A DNA stretch of 32,000 nucleotides from the NCBI GenBank assembly GCA_964354495.1, contig CAYHAA010000005.1, forward strand, positions 120,001 to 152,000. Direction: 5' to 3'. Origin of the DNA: an uncultured archaeon (GTDB taxonomy: Archaea; Asgardarchaeota; Thorarchaeia; Thorarchaeales; Thorarchaeaceae). Below are positions 1 to 7,795 of the stretch, one piece after another. The first letter of the stretch is position 1; each line of letters starts with the position of its first letter. Position numbers and translations under genes: made by a program. Under the pieces are notes generated by a model. The model saw only the letters and a program-made list of their open reading frames with translations. It was not told the DNA's origin and did not search any database.

Positions 1-296
1 GGACTCTCTCGATGAGATGAGTGATAGTTCAGGCAGAATTGACAACGAAAATTGCAGCTGGAGGTGCTTATTGAAAATGCATGACTGCCAGGAGCAAAAT
101 GAAACAGCGGCTTCTTCTCAATTGGATCTGCAGCCATACCATCGACTAATTCATACACCTTTGTGTAGAGCGTGCCGTCTTTGGCAGTTCTCACACGGCA
201 GAACCCAGTTTCGCCATCATGCAAGACACACCTTCTTGCACATACGTCGCACCGAATTCCAGTCTTCAGCTTTGTCCAGAGTACAGCCTCTCTCAT
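1..296 (-). CDS. amrS: AmmeMemoRadiSam system radical SAM enzyme (5' part; runs off the window edge)
   Basis: Manual translation from ATG at 296: MREAVLWTKLKTGIRCDVCARRCVLHDGETGFCRVR...DPIEKKPLFHFAPGSHAFSISTSSCNFRCQFCLNY. It has the N-terminal Cys cluster, the DPIEKKPLFHF family motif and the radical SAM CxxxCxxC (CNFRCQFC). The frame is open to base 1 and absent from the ORF track. Confidence 0.9.
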   Translation of the reverse strand, partial: MREAVLWTKLKTGIRCDVCARRCVLHDGETGFCRVRTAKDGTLYTKVYELVDGMAADPIEKKPLFHFAPGSHAFSISTSSCNFRCQFCLNYHSSHRES

Positions 297-426
297 TTCA
301 ATATACCAGCCTATACACCGTATATCGGTCTTACGGTACATCAATAGCTCATTCTTTTGCTCTATTTCCGATAAGATTGAGACAGCATTTAAAGGACAAG
401 AAATGCAATAGTGCGCGAGTCAATGT

Positions 427-873
427 ATGCCAGCACCAAAGCAGATTGAGCGGGTCGGTAGTTTATTCAGTACTCTCTCCGACAAGAGCAAGCCCTTTCT
501 CGAAAGATGCACTAAGACAAAGTTCCTTGCCATTGTCGACTATGATCGCGCTAGTGATGAGTATGTAAAGCTTGTAAGAAAGACTCTAAGCACCAAGGGC
601 TTGGGCATTGCAGACGCAGATGACTGCCAAGGAAGCTTAACAGATGTCAAGAATGCGCTAGAGTCATTGCATCTGGATACGGACCTTATGAATGCGCTTG
701 AGAATCTTCGCTCGACATATCTGGAGAGTATGCTCAAACCGGCTTTCAAGCGATATCTACAGAGTGAATCATGTGCGAAGGGGGACATCGAGAAGCTGTA
801 CATGAACGCCCTGAAGATAGACAGCCTAATTGAAGTGATGCAGTTCATGAAAAGAATCGAGCGAATTCAGTAA
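427..873 (+). CDS. Hypothetical helical protein (148 aa)
   Basis: ATG ORF divergent from amrS, with protein-like composition; it ends 3 nt from the convergent neighbour. No motif recognised. Confidence 0.7.
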   Translation: MPAPKQIERVGSLFSTLSDKSKPFLERCTKTKFLAIVDYDRASDEYVKLVRKTLSTKGLGIADADDCQGSLTDVKNALESLHLDTDLMNALENLRSTYLESMLKPAFKRYLQSESCAKGDIEKLYMNALKIDSLIEVMQFMKRIERIQ

Positions 874-876
874 TCT

Positions 877-2334
877 CTATTCTTTCTTTGTGCGGACATA
901 ATCACGGTGCACAAGGGTACTTCCATCAACTACCCAAGCAATACCCAGCGTTTGAAATTCCTCTGCCCACTTCATAACTATTGCAGGAGCAACTCCAAGC
1001 GAGCGAGCTATCTCCCTTATCGACATCTCGCCATGCTCTTCCACCATAAGGAATGCCTTGGTCTTCTCCGTGCTGTCCATCAAGCTCAGGTAGCCCTGAA
1101 GAATTTGCTCAGCATGGGCCAAGTTTGACTTGGTTTCCTCAAAATCACCCGTCATCCTCTTTAGGCTGGCTGTGGATCGCTCCAGCTCCGTCTTTATGCG
1201 CTCCAGCTCTCTAGCCTTGTCGCCAGACTCATAAGAGCGAAGTCGAGCCCTGAGTTCCTCCATTTCATCTAGCCTTGCTCCGGACTTGCCCATATCGTCC
1301 TCTAGCTGACGAATGTTGGTATTGAGCTCACCAATCTCCAGCTCCCTTTGGGAGAGCTTAGTGAGGTAGTCCTTTTCTTTTGCCTCTCCGGCTGTGTTCA
1401 GTGCTTCCAGTTCTGCAACCTTCTGTTCCAGAACTTCCTTCGATGTCTCAAGTGACTTCACAGCATGTCGCAGTTCATTGAGGGTCGTCATGTCGGCCTT
1501 TGGAGCAGCCTGAAGGCCCATGACCGTGTCCTCCAGATCATCGTTTCGGACCTTCAATTCAGCAAGATTCTTTCGTAGTTCTGCATTCTCTGATTCACGG
1601 TTCTCAGTCTTTTTCTTCTCTAGATTCAGTTCCTGTCTGAGCACTTCGACTGTGCTCTGGAACTGCTTCAGTTGAAGTTCGACTTCCTTTGGAACTTCAA
1701 CGCGCGGCTTCATTCCTAATTCAGAGGAGAGGAATTCAACCTCAGTCGTTGCTCTCTGGGTGTAATCATCAACGTTGCCTTTCAAAGCAGTAAGTTCCTG
1801 GAGAGTGAGTTTCATCGATTCGTTCATACTCTCAGTGATGTCGCGCATCTTCTCAAGTATTGGCGTGGACATGCCCGAGGTCAGTGATTCCTCAACTCTT
1901 GTGAACTCCTCTTGGACAATGGGTTGGACCTCTGTATCCACAAACATGCTCTGAAGATTGGTCTTGGCCTTGCGCTTGCTCCTATTGACTATATCACCTC
2001 TCATGCTCACGAGGTTACCCTTCAGGCCAACAAGAAATGAGAGGACTACAGGTACGAGATCGCGCTCGATTCTATCGATTGTCCCTTCAACATTGGTCAT
2101 ATTCCGCTCTAGAAGGGAGAGACTATCACGTAGCCGCTTAATGCTTTCATCGAGCTCCATTCGGCGGCGAACCTGCGTTGCTGATTCTACACGCATCACA
2201 TCGCTTGACATTCGCCCGGACTGAATCAGCTCATGCCGCATTTCATCATCAACGCCAAGCTCGGAGAGAAGACCATCAATGACTCTCTTGCTGTCTGCGC
2301 CATCGGTCGGTTCTTTGTTTGGATCCTTAGCCAT
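877..2334 (-). CDS. Long coiled-coil protein with C-terminal winged helix-turn-helix (about 485 aa)
   Basis: About 350 aa of E/K/L/R-rich heptad-like sequence. The C-terminus KAFLMVEEHGEMSIREIARSLGVAPAIVMKWAEEFQTLGIAWVVDG fits a wHTH. Start moved to MAKDPNKE (2334) because the longer ORF overlaps the divergent gene. Confidence 0.75.
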   Translation of the reverse strand: MAKDPNKEPTDGADSKRVIDGLLSELGVDDEMRHELIQSGRMSSDVMRVESATQVRRRMELDESIKRLRDSLSLLERNMTNVEGTIDRIERDLVPVVLSFLVGLKGNLVSMRGDIVNRSKRKAKTNLQSMFVDTEVQPIVQEEFTRVEESLTSGMSTPILEKMRDITESMNESMKLTLQELTALKGNVDDYTQRATTEVEFLSSELGMKPRVEVPKEVELQLKQFQSTVEVLRQELNLEKKKTENRESENAELRKNLAELKVRNDDLEDTVMGLQAAPKADMTTLNELRHAVKSLETSKEVLEQKVAELEALNTAGEAKEKDYLTKLSQRELEIGELNTNIRQLEDDMGKSGARLDEMEELRARLRSYESGDKARELERIKTELERSTASLKRMTGDFEETKSNLAHAEQILQGYLSLMDSTEKTKAFLMVEEHGEMSIREIARSLGVAPAIVMKWAEEFQTLGIAWVVDGSTLVHRDYVRTKKE

Positions 2335-2448
2335 GCGAAAACCTCGCTGCGAATTCCAAGAAGGACAGATGGAATGAAGAGCCTGACAATACATAAATCT
2401 ATTCGCGGAATGCATCGACCAACAATTTGGACTCTGGATGGCAAAAAG

Positions 2449-3285
2449 ATGCGGCTAAAGATAGAGATGGAGGCAGTTGTACACAATCGAGGCGTATCCA
2501 GGCTCAGAAAAGGAGTGATGACATGGCACCTCTTCACGGATATGGACAACCAATTTGTCGAGATGATTGATGTCTTCCCTCCTGCGCGAGTGACAGAGAG
2601 AGCTGAGAAGAATATGGTCGCAATCGTCAAGGTTCCGGAGTTGAATCCTGGAGAGAGTTTTTCGCCTACTGTCATTCTCCGAATCGATACAGTTTCACGT
2701 GATTGGTTTTTGGAGCCAAGAGATACGCCACAAGAGATGATGGCGAGAAACAGAGGAATCTACTGTAGCATGCAGAAATATTGGGAAACAACTGACGACG
2801 TGATTCAGGAGATGTCCCAGAAAGCTGCAGAACGAACCGGTGATGACGAATCGTATGCACGATTGGCATTTGATATGGTCAGAGAGAGTGTGAAACTGAA
2901 GACTCATCTTGACCGCAGAATAGGAGCCGCTAGAGCTGCCCGGGAGAGGGAGGGGGACTGTGACGAACACGCAGATCTCTTTGTCGCACTACTTCGTGCA
3001 GTAAGAATACCAGCTAGAAGAGTTGTTGGCCATTTCTTTCGAGGAAGTTCAGAACCCGAGGCGCATGCTTGGTGTGAGGTCTTTCTTGAACAGAAAGGAT
3101 GGGTTCCTGTTGATCCTGCTCTGGGCAACTTTGGCATCTTGAACGAAAACTACTTCTCACGAATCAGGGAGGGACAGGTTTCGGAACGACCCATGATTTC
3201 TCTGAAGTGGAGTGGAATCGCGACTGAGCCACCTACAGTTGAAGAGGTCATCAGGATGTCGCTAGTGGCCGATGATAGGGGCTAG
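2449..3285 (+). CDS. Transglutaminase-like (Cys-His-Asp) domain protein
   Basis: GDCDEHADLFVALLRAVRIPARRVVG (Cys), AHAWCEV (His), GWVPVDP (Asp). Start is ambiguous (2374, 2410 or 2449). No signal peptide seen. Confidence 0.88.
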   Translation: MRLKIEMEAVVHNRGVSRLRKGVMTWHLFTDMDNQFVEMIDVFPPARVTERAEKNMVAIVKVPELNPGESFSPTVILRIDTVSRDWFLEPRDTPQEMMARNRGIYCSMQKYWETTDDVIQEMSQKAAERTGDDESYARLAFDMVRESVKLKTHLDRRIGAARAAREREGDCDEHADLFVALLRAVRIPARRVVGHFFRGSSEPEAHAWCEVFLEQKGWVPVDPALGNFGILNENYFSRIREGQVSERPMISLKWSGIATEPPTVEEVIRMSLVADDRG

Positions 3286-4013
3286 ATGTTCTCAAGATAT
3301 CCCATTGCTTGAAGCTGTACAAACAGCTCTGCACCAAAATGCCAACATGAATGCGTGTCGAAGATTGAGCATCGAATCTGGGGAAGAAGGGGAGCATCCA
3401 GAGCTGACCGGAGAGTTCCTGCAAGGTGATGAGCCATCATCTCACCATACGCCGATACCTGAGGAAGTGAGTCGAAGAACCTTCGTTTGGTCGATTCTAG
3501 GGGTCCAGGCTTGTAATCACATATCTGAACAAAACCGTCCATGTAGCGAATGAGGTCGATATGTCCAGTTATGCTATAGCTATCGGACCATACAGGTACC
3601 TCAATGGCAATTGTCTGAGGGTCGTGAATTAGGAATTCCTTCAGAATTCCGTGGTCTGCAGAGAAGCTCAAATCATTGCGATTCTGATGATACTCCCTCA
3701 GTCTCAACACGAGGTCATCGTCAACCTTGGATGAGATCGACCCGATTCTCTCGAGCTGCTTTCGAAATCCGACTCTCTTCGCTTGAGGCATGCTCACGAG
3801 ACGAAGTCTTGAAGCTCTTGTGAACATGGGGTCAGAGAAGAGAGATTCTGGAATACGGCCAGACTGTATTGTCTTGAGGTGGGCCCATAGTGAGGCTAAA
3901 TCACCAGTTTGATTGCCAAGCCTCAGGTGATTGGAGGTGTTCCATTGGAAGGCATAGGCGACCTTACCGTGTTGATAATCATGTCGTACTATGTCGTCAG
4001 AACCTGCAGGCAT
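3282..4013 (-). CDS. PD-(D/E)XK (RecB-like) nuclease family protein
   Basis: Motifs IEVPVW, ITGHIDLI, ICDYKPG and QVSAY match the RecB-type nuclease motif set. The N-terminal ~120 aa are unassigned. Confidence 0.8.
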   Translation of the reverse strand: MPAGSDDIVRHDYQHGKVAYAFQWNTSNHLRLGNQTGDLASLWAHLKTIQSGRIPESLFSDPMFTRASRLRLVSMPQAKRVGFRKQLERIGSISSKVDDDLVLRLREYHQNRNDLSFSADHGILKEFLIHDPQTIAIEVPVWSDSYSITGHIDLIRYMDGFVQICDYKPGPLESTKRRFFDSLPQVSAYGEMMAHHLAGTLRSALDAPLLPQIRCSIFDTHSCWHFGAELFVQLQAMGYLENI

Positions 4014-4234
4014 ATCCCTCGTCGTTCTAGTCTAGAGCAGACCTTTTTAATCCATCGAACGAATGAGTCAAAGAAGTGGTGGATGAAGCAAATCATCAGA
4101 ATGCAATATCGGAATCCCAGCATTTCCAAATGAGAAAGCGACAATTCTTGGTCTACAATTTCATCTGGCCACTGACTGAAACCTGCACAAAGATGTGAGA
4201 GGGGAGGGCATGAACAGCCTACACCCTATTTCAT

Positions 4235-5020
4235 CTATGGCGAGGCATTCTCAACTAGCATCTTGATTATCCATCGGAGGTCCTTCTCAAGGATCCCATC
4301 TGATGTCTTGAAGACCATGATACATGAACCATCGTAGTTCACAGAGGTCTTGTATGGTGTATTGCTAGGATAGATGAAAATCCCCGTGAACCGTGAAATC
4401 GTTCCTCCATACATCCGACCATAATGACCCACTTCTGCCTTATTTTGGAGCTTGTCGCCCCGGAACTCAGCCTTTCTCAGTTCCTTCTTCTCAATATCTG
4501 TATAGACAATGTGCTCAACATTGATCTCTAGTGGTTTTGGTGGAGCCTCTGTTGGCTTGACAAGTTTGTCAAAAATGACTCTTCTTGCGTCCTTATTGAC
4601 AAACAATGGTTCAGCAATGATTTCAGTCAGATCCATCAGAATCTTGCGGAATCTCATGGCAAGACGACCTGATCCCCTGACCTCTGCAACTTTCTCGTCC
4701 AGTCTGACAGTTATGTTTCCTCTTTCAATTGTAGAGTATTTCTTGCTTATGCGCTCACCAGCTGCATCGAACTCATGGGCAACGACATTGAAAGCTGCCT
4801 TAATGTCGGCGATGACAGTTTTTCCACGGGAGTCGATATCAGCAAAACCAGCCTTGGGCTCCGTATCTGCATTGAAAGGAGCCAAGCCGCTGAAGATACT
4901 AGCTAACTGAGCTCCAGTAAGTTTCTTGGCTGCTTCATCATTCAATGTGAAGAGCCGTACTGATTGCCACAATCCGAGGGGCTCAATCCTGGACGGTGGT
5001 GATGGATTCTTTGCACTCAA
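4235..5020 (-). CDS. Hypothetical alpha/beta protein (261 aa)
   Basis: Long ORF with a TTG start and soluble-protein composition. No family recognised. Confidence 0.7.
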   Translation of the reverse strand: MSAKNPSPPSRIEPLGLWQSVRLFTLNDEAAKKLTGAQLASIFSGLAPFNADTEPKAGFADIDSRGKTVIADIKAAFNVVAHEFDAAGERISKKYSTIERGNITVRLDEKVAEVRGSGRLAMRFRKILMDLTEIIAEPLFVNKDARRVIFDKLVKPTEAPPKPLEINVEHIVYTDIEKKELRKAEFRGDKLQNKAEVGHYGRMYGGTISRFTGIFIYPSNTPYKTSVNYDGSCIMVFKTSDGILEKDLRWIIKMLVENASP

Positions 5021-5335
5021 ATTGCCTCATCTCACAAGCATGAAGGTCGTAGGATAACAGACCTCTACTTCCACTGGAGATAGCACTTCTTCTGATATAA
5101 ACTATACATCTAATCCAGAGAATAGCTAGGACTTACCCGAAGACTATGCACATACTAATCCAGGTATGAAAAAGGACTGCTGCTCAGGAAAACCCGAATT
5201 CATCCAGAGGTGATTGGCGCCAAACAGAATTTGCATTCAAATAAGGGTCATGCCATTCAATGAAGCAAAAGGATGATATTGAGGTTACAGACTTGGGAAG
5301 TCAGAAATGGAAAACCAGGAAGAGAGAACACGCCA

Positions 5336-5803
5336 ATGAGAGTCTTATTCGTACTTGGTTCAGGCGGGCATACAACAAGAGGACTGATACTAAGTAAGCA
5401 GATCAATGCTGAGAAAACGTACATGATTCCTTGGGAGTCCGAGGTCACTAGAAGCAAAGTGGGCAGCAACTACTTTAGAGTCCTATCGCCGCGGTTTAGA
5501 GCAAAGGACAACGTCCTGATGACCATTCTAAGGACAATGTTCCTTTTCTTGCACAGCTTCTTGATTCTGCTTATAGCTAGACCTCATGTTGTGATTAGTA
5601 CTGGTTCCGGCCTGACAATACCGCCCTTCTTCTTGGCCAAATTTCTGAGGATAAAGACAATCTACATAGAAAGTCCTAGCAGGGTCTATCAACCATCTAT
5701 TGCAGGAAGACTTCTCATCGGTAGGGTGGACATGTGGTTGAGTAGCTGGCCAGACCTTCCGGAGCGTTACAGAGGAATCGAGTACAGGGGGATGGTATTT
5801 TGA
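5336..5803 (+). CDS. alg14: Alg14/PssD-like glycosyltransferase acceptor-binding subunit
   Basis: RVLFVLGSGGHT, ARPHVVISTGSG and IYIESPSRV motifs. Start set at MRVLF. The stop overlaps the next start (TTGA). Confidence 0.85.
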   Translation: MRVLFVLGSGGHTTRGLILSKQINAEKTYMIPWESEVTRSKVGSNYFRVLSPRFRAKDNVLMTILRTMFLFLHSFLILLIARPHVVISTGSGLTIPPFFLAKFLRIKTIYIESPSRVYQPSIAGRLLIGRVDMWLSSWPDLPERYRGIEYRGMVF

Positions 5804-6258
5804 TCTTCGTCACAGTGGGTACATCGCTTCCACATGATGAGCTCGTAGAAACGATAGACAGACTGGTGGGTGAAGGAAAAATCAGAGACCGGGTTCTTGC
5901 ACAGAGAGGGGCAGGGAAGTATACTCCAAAGAACATCGAGCACATCCGGTTTTCTCCAAGCCTTGAGGAGTACTATGATAAGGCAGACATTGTGATCAGC
6001 AATTGCGGCGCTGGAACAATCATGGAGAATGTCACGAGAGGCCGAAGGCTGATAGTCATCCAGAATCCAGATGTCACTGGAGGTCATGAGTGGGAGCTTG
6101 TGGCGAAGATGGAAAAGGGTGAACACCTGATTTGGTGCAGGAAGACCAATCAGTTGCTAGACTGCATTGACAGGGCTCGTACGATGACGTTTAGACAGTT
6201 CAAGCCAAGGCAACTCATACTCTCCGAGATAATCAAAGAGATTACTTCATCGAGATGA
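5800..6258 (+). CDS. alg13: Alg13/PssE-like glycosyltransferase (GT28 C-terminal-type, donor-binding subunit)
   Basis: IFVTVGTS, VLAQRG, DIVISNCGAGTI and GHEWELV motifs; coupled to the alg14-like gene. Confidence 0.85.
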   Translation: MIFVTVGTSLPHDELVETIDRLVGEGKIRDRVLAQRGAGKYTPKNIEHIRFSPSLEEYYDKADIVISNCGAGTIMENVTRGRRLIVIQNPDVTGGHEWELVAKMEKGEHLIWCRKTNQLLDCIDRARTMTFRQFKPRQLILSEIIKEITSSR

Positions 6259-6369
6259 ACTCAGCCTTCAAATACAATCCCGAATCCGTGGCAGTTCACT
6301 TTGGTGTGTTTGCGCTGCTTCCGTTGATTACTTATACAGGAGAGTCTCAACCTGAAATGAGGTTTAATC

Positions 6370-7794
6370 ATGGCTTTTGTCAAACCTGCTGAAACTCACC
6401 AACTCTATGGTGAACTAAAGGCCATTGTCGGACAGGAACGAGTGAACGACAAACAGGTCATCATCTCAGCTTATTCCAAAGATGCATGCCACCTTGAAGC
6501 AGAGAGACCTGGAATCGTCGTCATGCCAAAGAGTGTAGAAGAAGTCCAAGAGATTGTCAGGCTCTGCGCGCGAAGCAAGACACCTATTGTTCCAGCTGGA
6601 GGGAGAAATGGTATCTGCGGCGCCTGCCTGCCCAGGGTTCCCAATGCCGTCATGCTTGACATGGTCAAGATGGACCGAATCATCAAGATCGATGAGGATG
6701 TAATGACTGTCACTGTTGAGGCAGGTCTCAGATGGGCTGAGCTAATTCACCGTCTTAATGACAAGGGCTACAAGCTGGGCTTCCGAGGGCCTTATGGCGG
6801 GAATGTCGGCACTGTTGGCGGTTCAACGAGCATCAATAGTATCGGATACGCAGCCTCGAAGTATGGACCATCCACTGAGGGAGTTGTGTCTTTTGAGGTG
6901 GTTCTGGCCAACGGAGACGTAGTCCAGACAGGCACAGGATGGAATCCCGATGCCCAGCTGTTTGGCAGGTATTCCACCTTCTTTGACATGACCGGCATCT
7001 TCAATGGCGACCACGGGACCCTTGGAGTGAAGACAAAGGTCACTCTGAAGATATATCCAAAGGCGGACTGTTACACCTATGGCGACTTCGGGTTCAAGAC
7101 ACTAGAAGATGCCACAGAAGCATTTCTTGAGGTTCAGAAGCGAGGTTTCACAGAGGAGTTGAACCTACTCGTTGATCGTCAGTCCACTGAAACTTTCTTC
7201 CCGGGGTTCTTAGGAAAACATCCAGAGATCAATGCCATGTTCGCATCTATTGTACAGGAAACGGATCAGCAACTTGCAAACAGAAAGATGGAACTCATAA
7301 GAGAGATTGCTCTCAAACATGCCGGAAAGGATCTGGGCAACTTCGCGTCCCAAATGCACTGGTCCGAGATGTTCAACTTGGTTCAGCCGCTCTACAACAA
7401 TGGTTTCTGGTTGAATACATGTCACCTACGGCCAATTCCCACAATTCCGATAGTAATGAAACGAATCTGGGCGATATTCAAGAAGTACAAACTGCTTGAG
7501 AACGACATCAAGTATATAGCGAGTTGTCTGGGGTCTGAGAGAGCCTATGCCACTGGATGGATTACAATCTTCATTCCAACGAAGGACAAAATGGAGTATG
7601 GACTCAAGGTCTGGAATGAGATGCTTGACGCGATAATGGACACTGGTGCCTGTCCGTATTGGATGGGACTTCTTTGGGAGGACCGTGTTCTCAAGAAGGT
7701 TCGGAAGCCCTTCATCGATACATATTGGAAGATAAAGCAGGCACTCGATCCGGACAATATCTTTGCGCCAGAGGTGTTTAGGGGAGGTCCGTAA
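6370..7794 (+). CDS. FAD-binding oxidoreductase, VAO/PCMH (GlcD/D-lactate dehydrogenase-like) superfamily
   Basis: PGIVVMPKSVEEVQEIV, PAGGRNG, TVEAG, TVGG, VVLANG, GTLGVKTKVTLK and terminal IKQALDPDNIFAP motifs. Confidence 0.9.
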   Translation: MAFVKPAETHQLYGELKAIVGQERVNDKQVIISAYSKDACHLEAERPGIVVMPKSVEEVQEIVRLCARSKTPIVPAGGRNGICGACLPRVPNAVMLDMVKMDRIIKIDEDVMTVTVEAGLRWAELIHRLNDKGYKLGFRGPYGGNVGTVGGSTSINSIGYAASKYGPSTEGVVSFEVVLANGDVVQTGTGWNPDAQLFGRYSTFFDMTGIFNGDHGTLGVKTKVTLKIYPKADCYTYGDFGFKTLEDATEAFLEVQKRGFTEELNLLVDRQSTETFFPGFLGKHPEINAMFASIVQETDQQLANRKMELIREIALKHAGKDLGNFASQMHWSEMFNLVQPLYNNGFWLNTCHLRPIPTIPIVMKRIWAIFKKYKLLENDIKYIASCLGSERAYATGWITIFIPTKDKMEYGLKVWNEMLDAIMDTGACPYWMGLLWEDRVLKKVRKPFIDTYWKIKQALDPDNIFAPEVFRGGP

Positions 7795-7795
7795 G

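Noticed and set aside
17-568. 183-aa and 79-aa + strand ORFs
   Set aside because: Antisense shadows of the amrS radical SAM gene, with no protein-like motifs.
877-2334. SMC/Rad50, CdvA or formin GBD-like assignment for the coiled-coil protein
   Set aside because: No Walker A/B or signature motif and no PRC-barrel-like N-terminus; the formin-like resemblance is limited to a few residues in one helix pair.
3282-4013. Cas4 / CRISPR association for the nuclease
   Set aside because: It lacks the four-Cys Fe-S ligand pattern of Cas4, and no cas genes or repeat-spacer array are seen in the window.
6370-7794. Confident glcD / D-lactate dehydrogenase gene symbol
   Set aside because: The C-terminal catalytic EHGxG motif is absent, so the substrate cannot be assigned.
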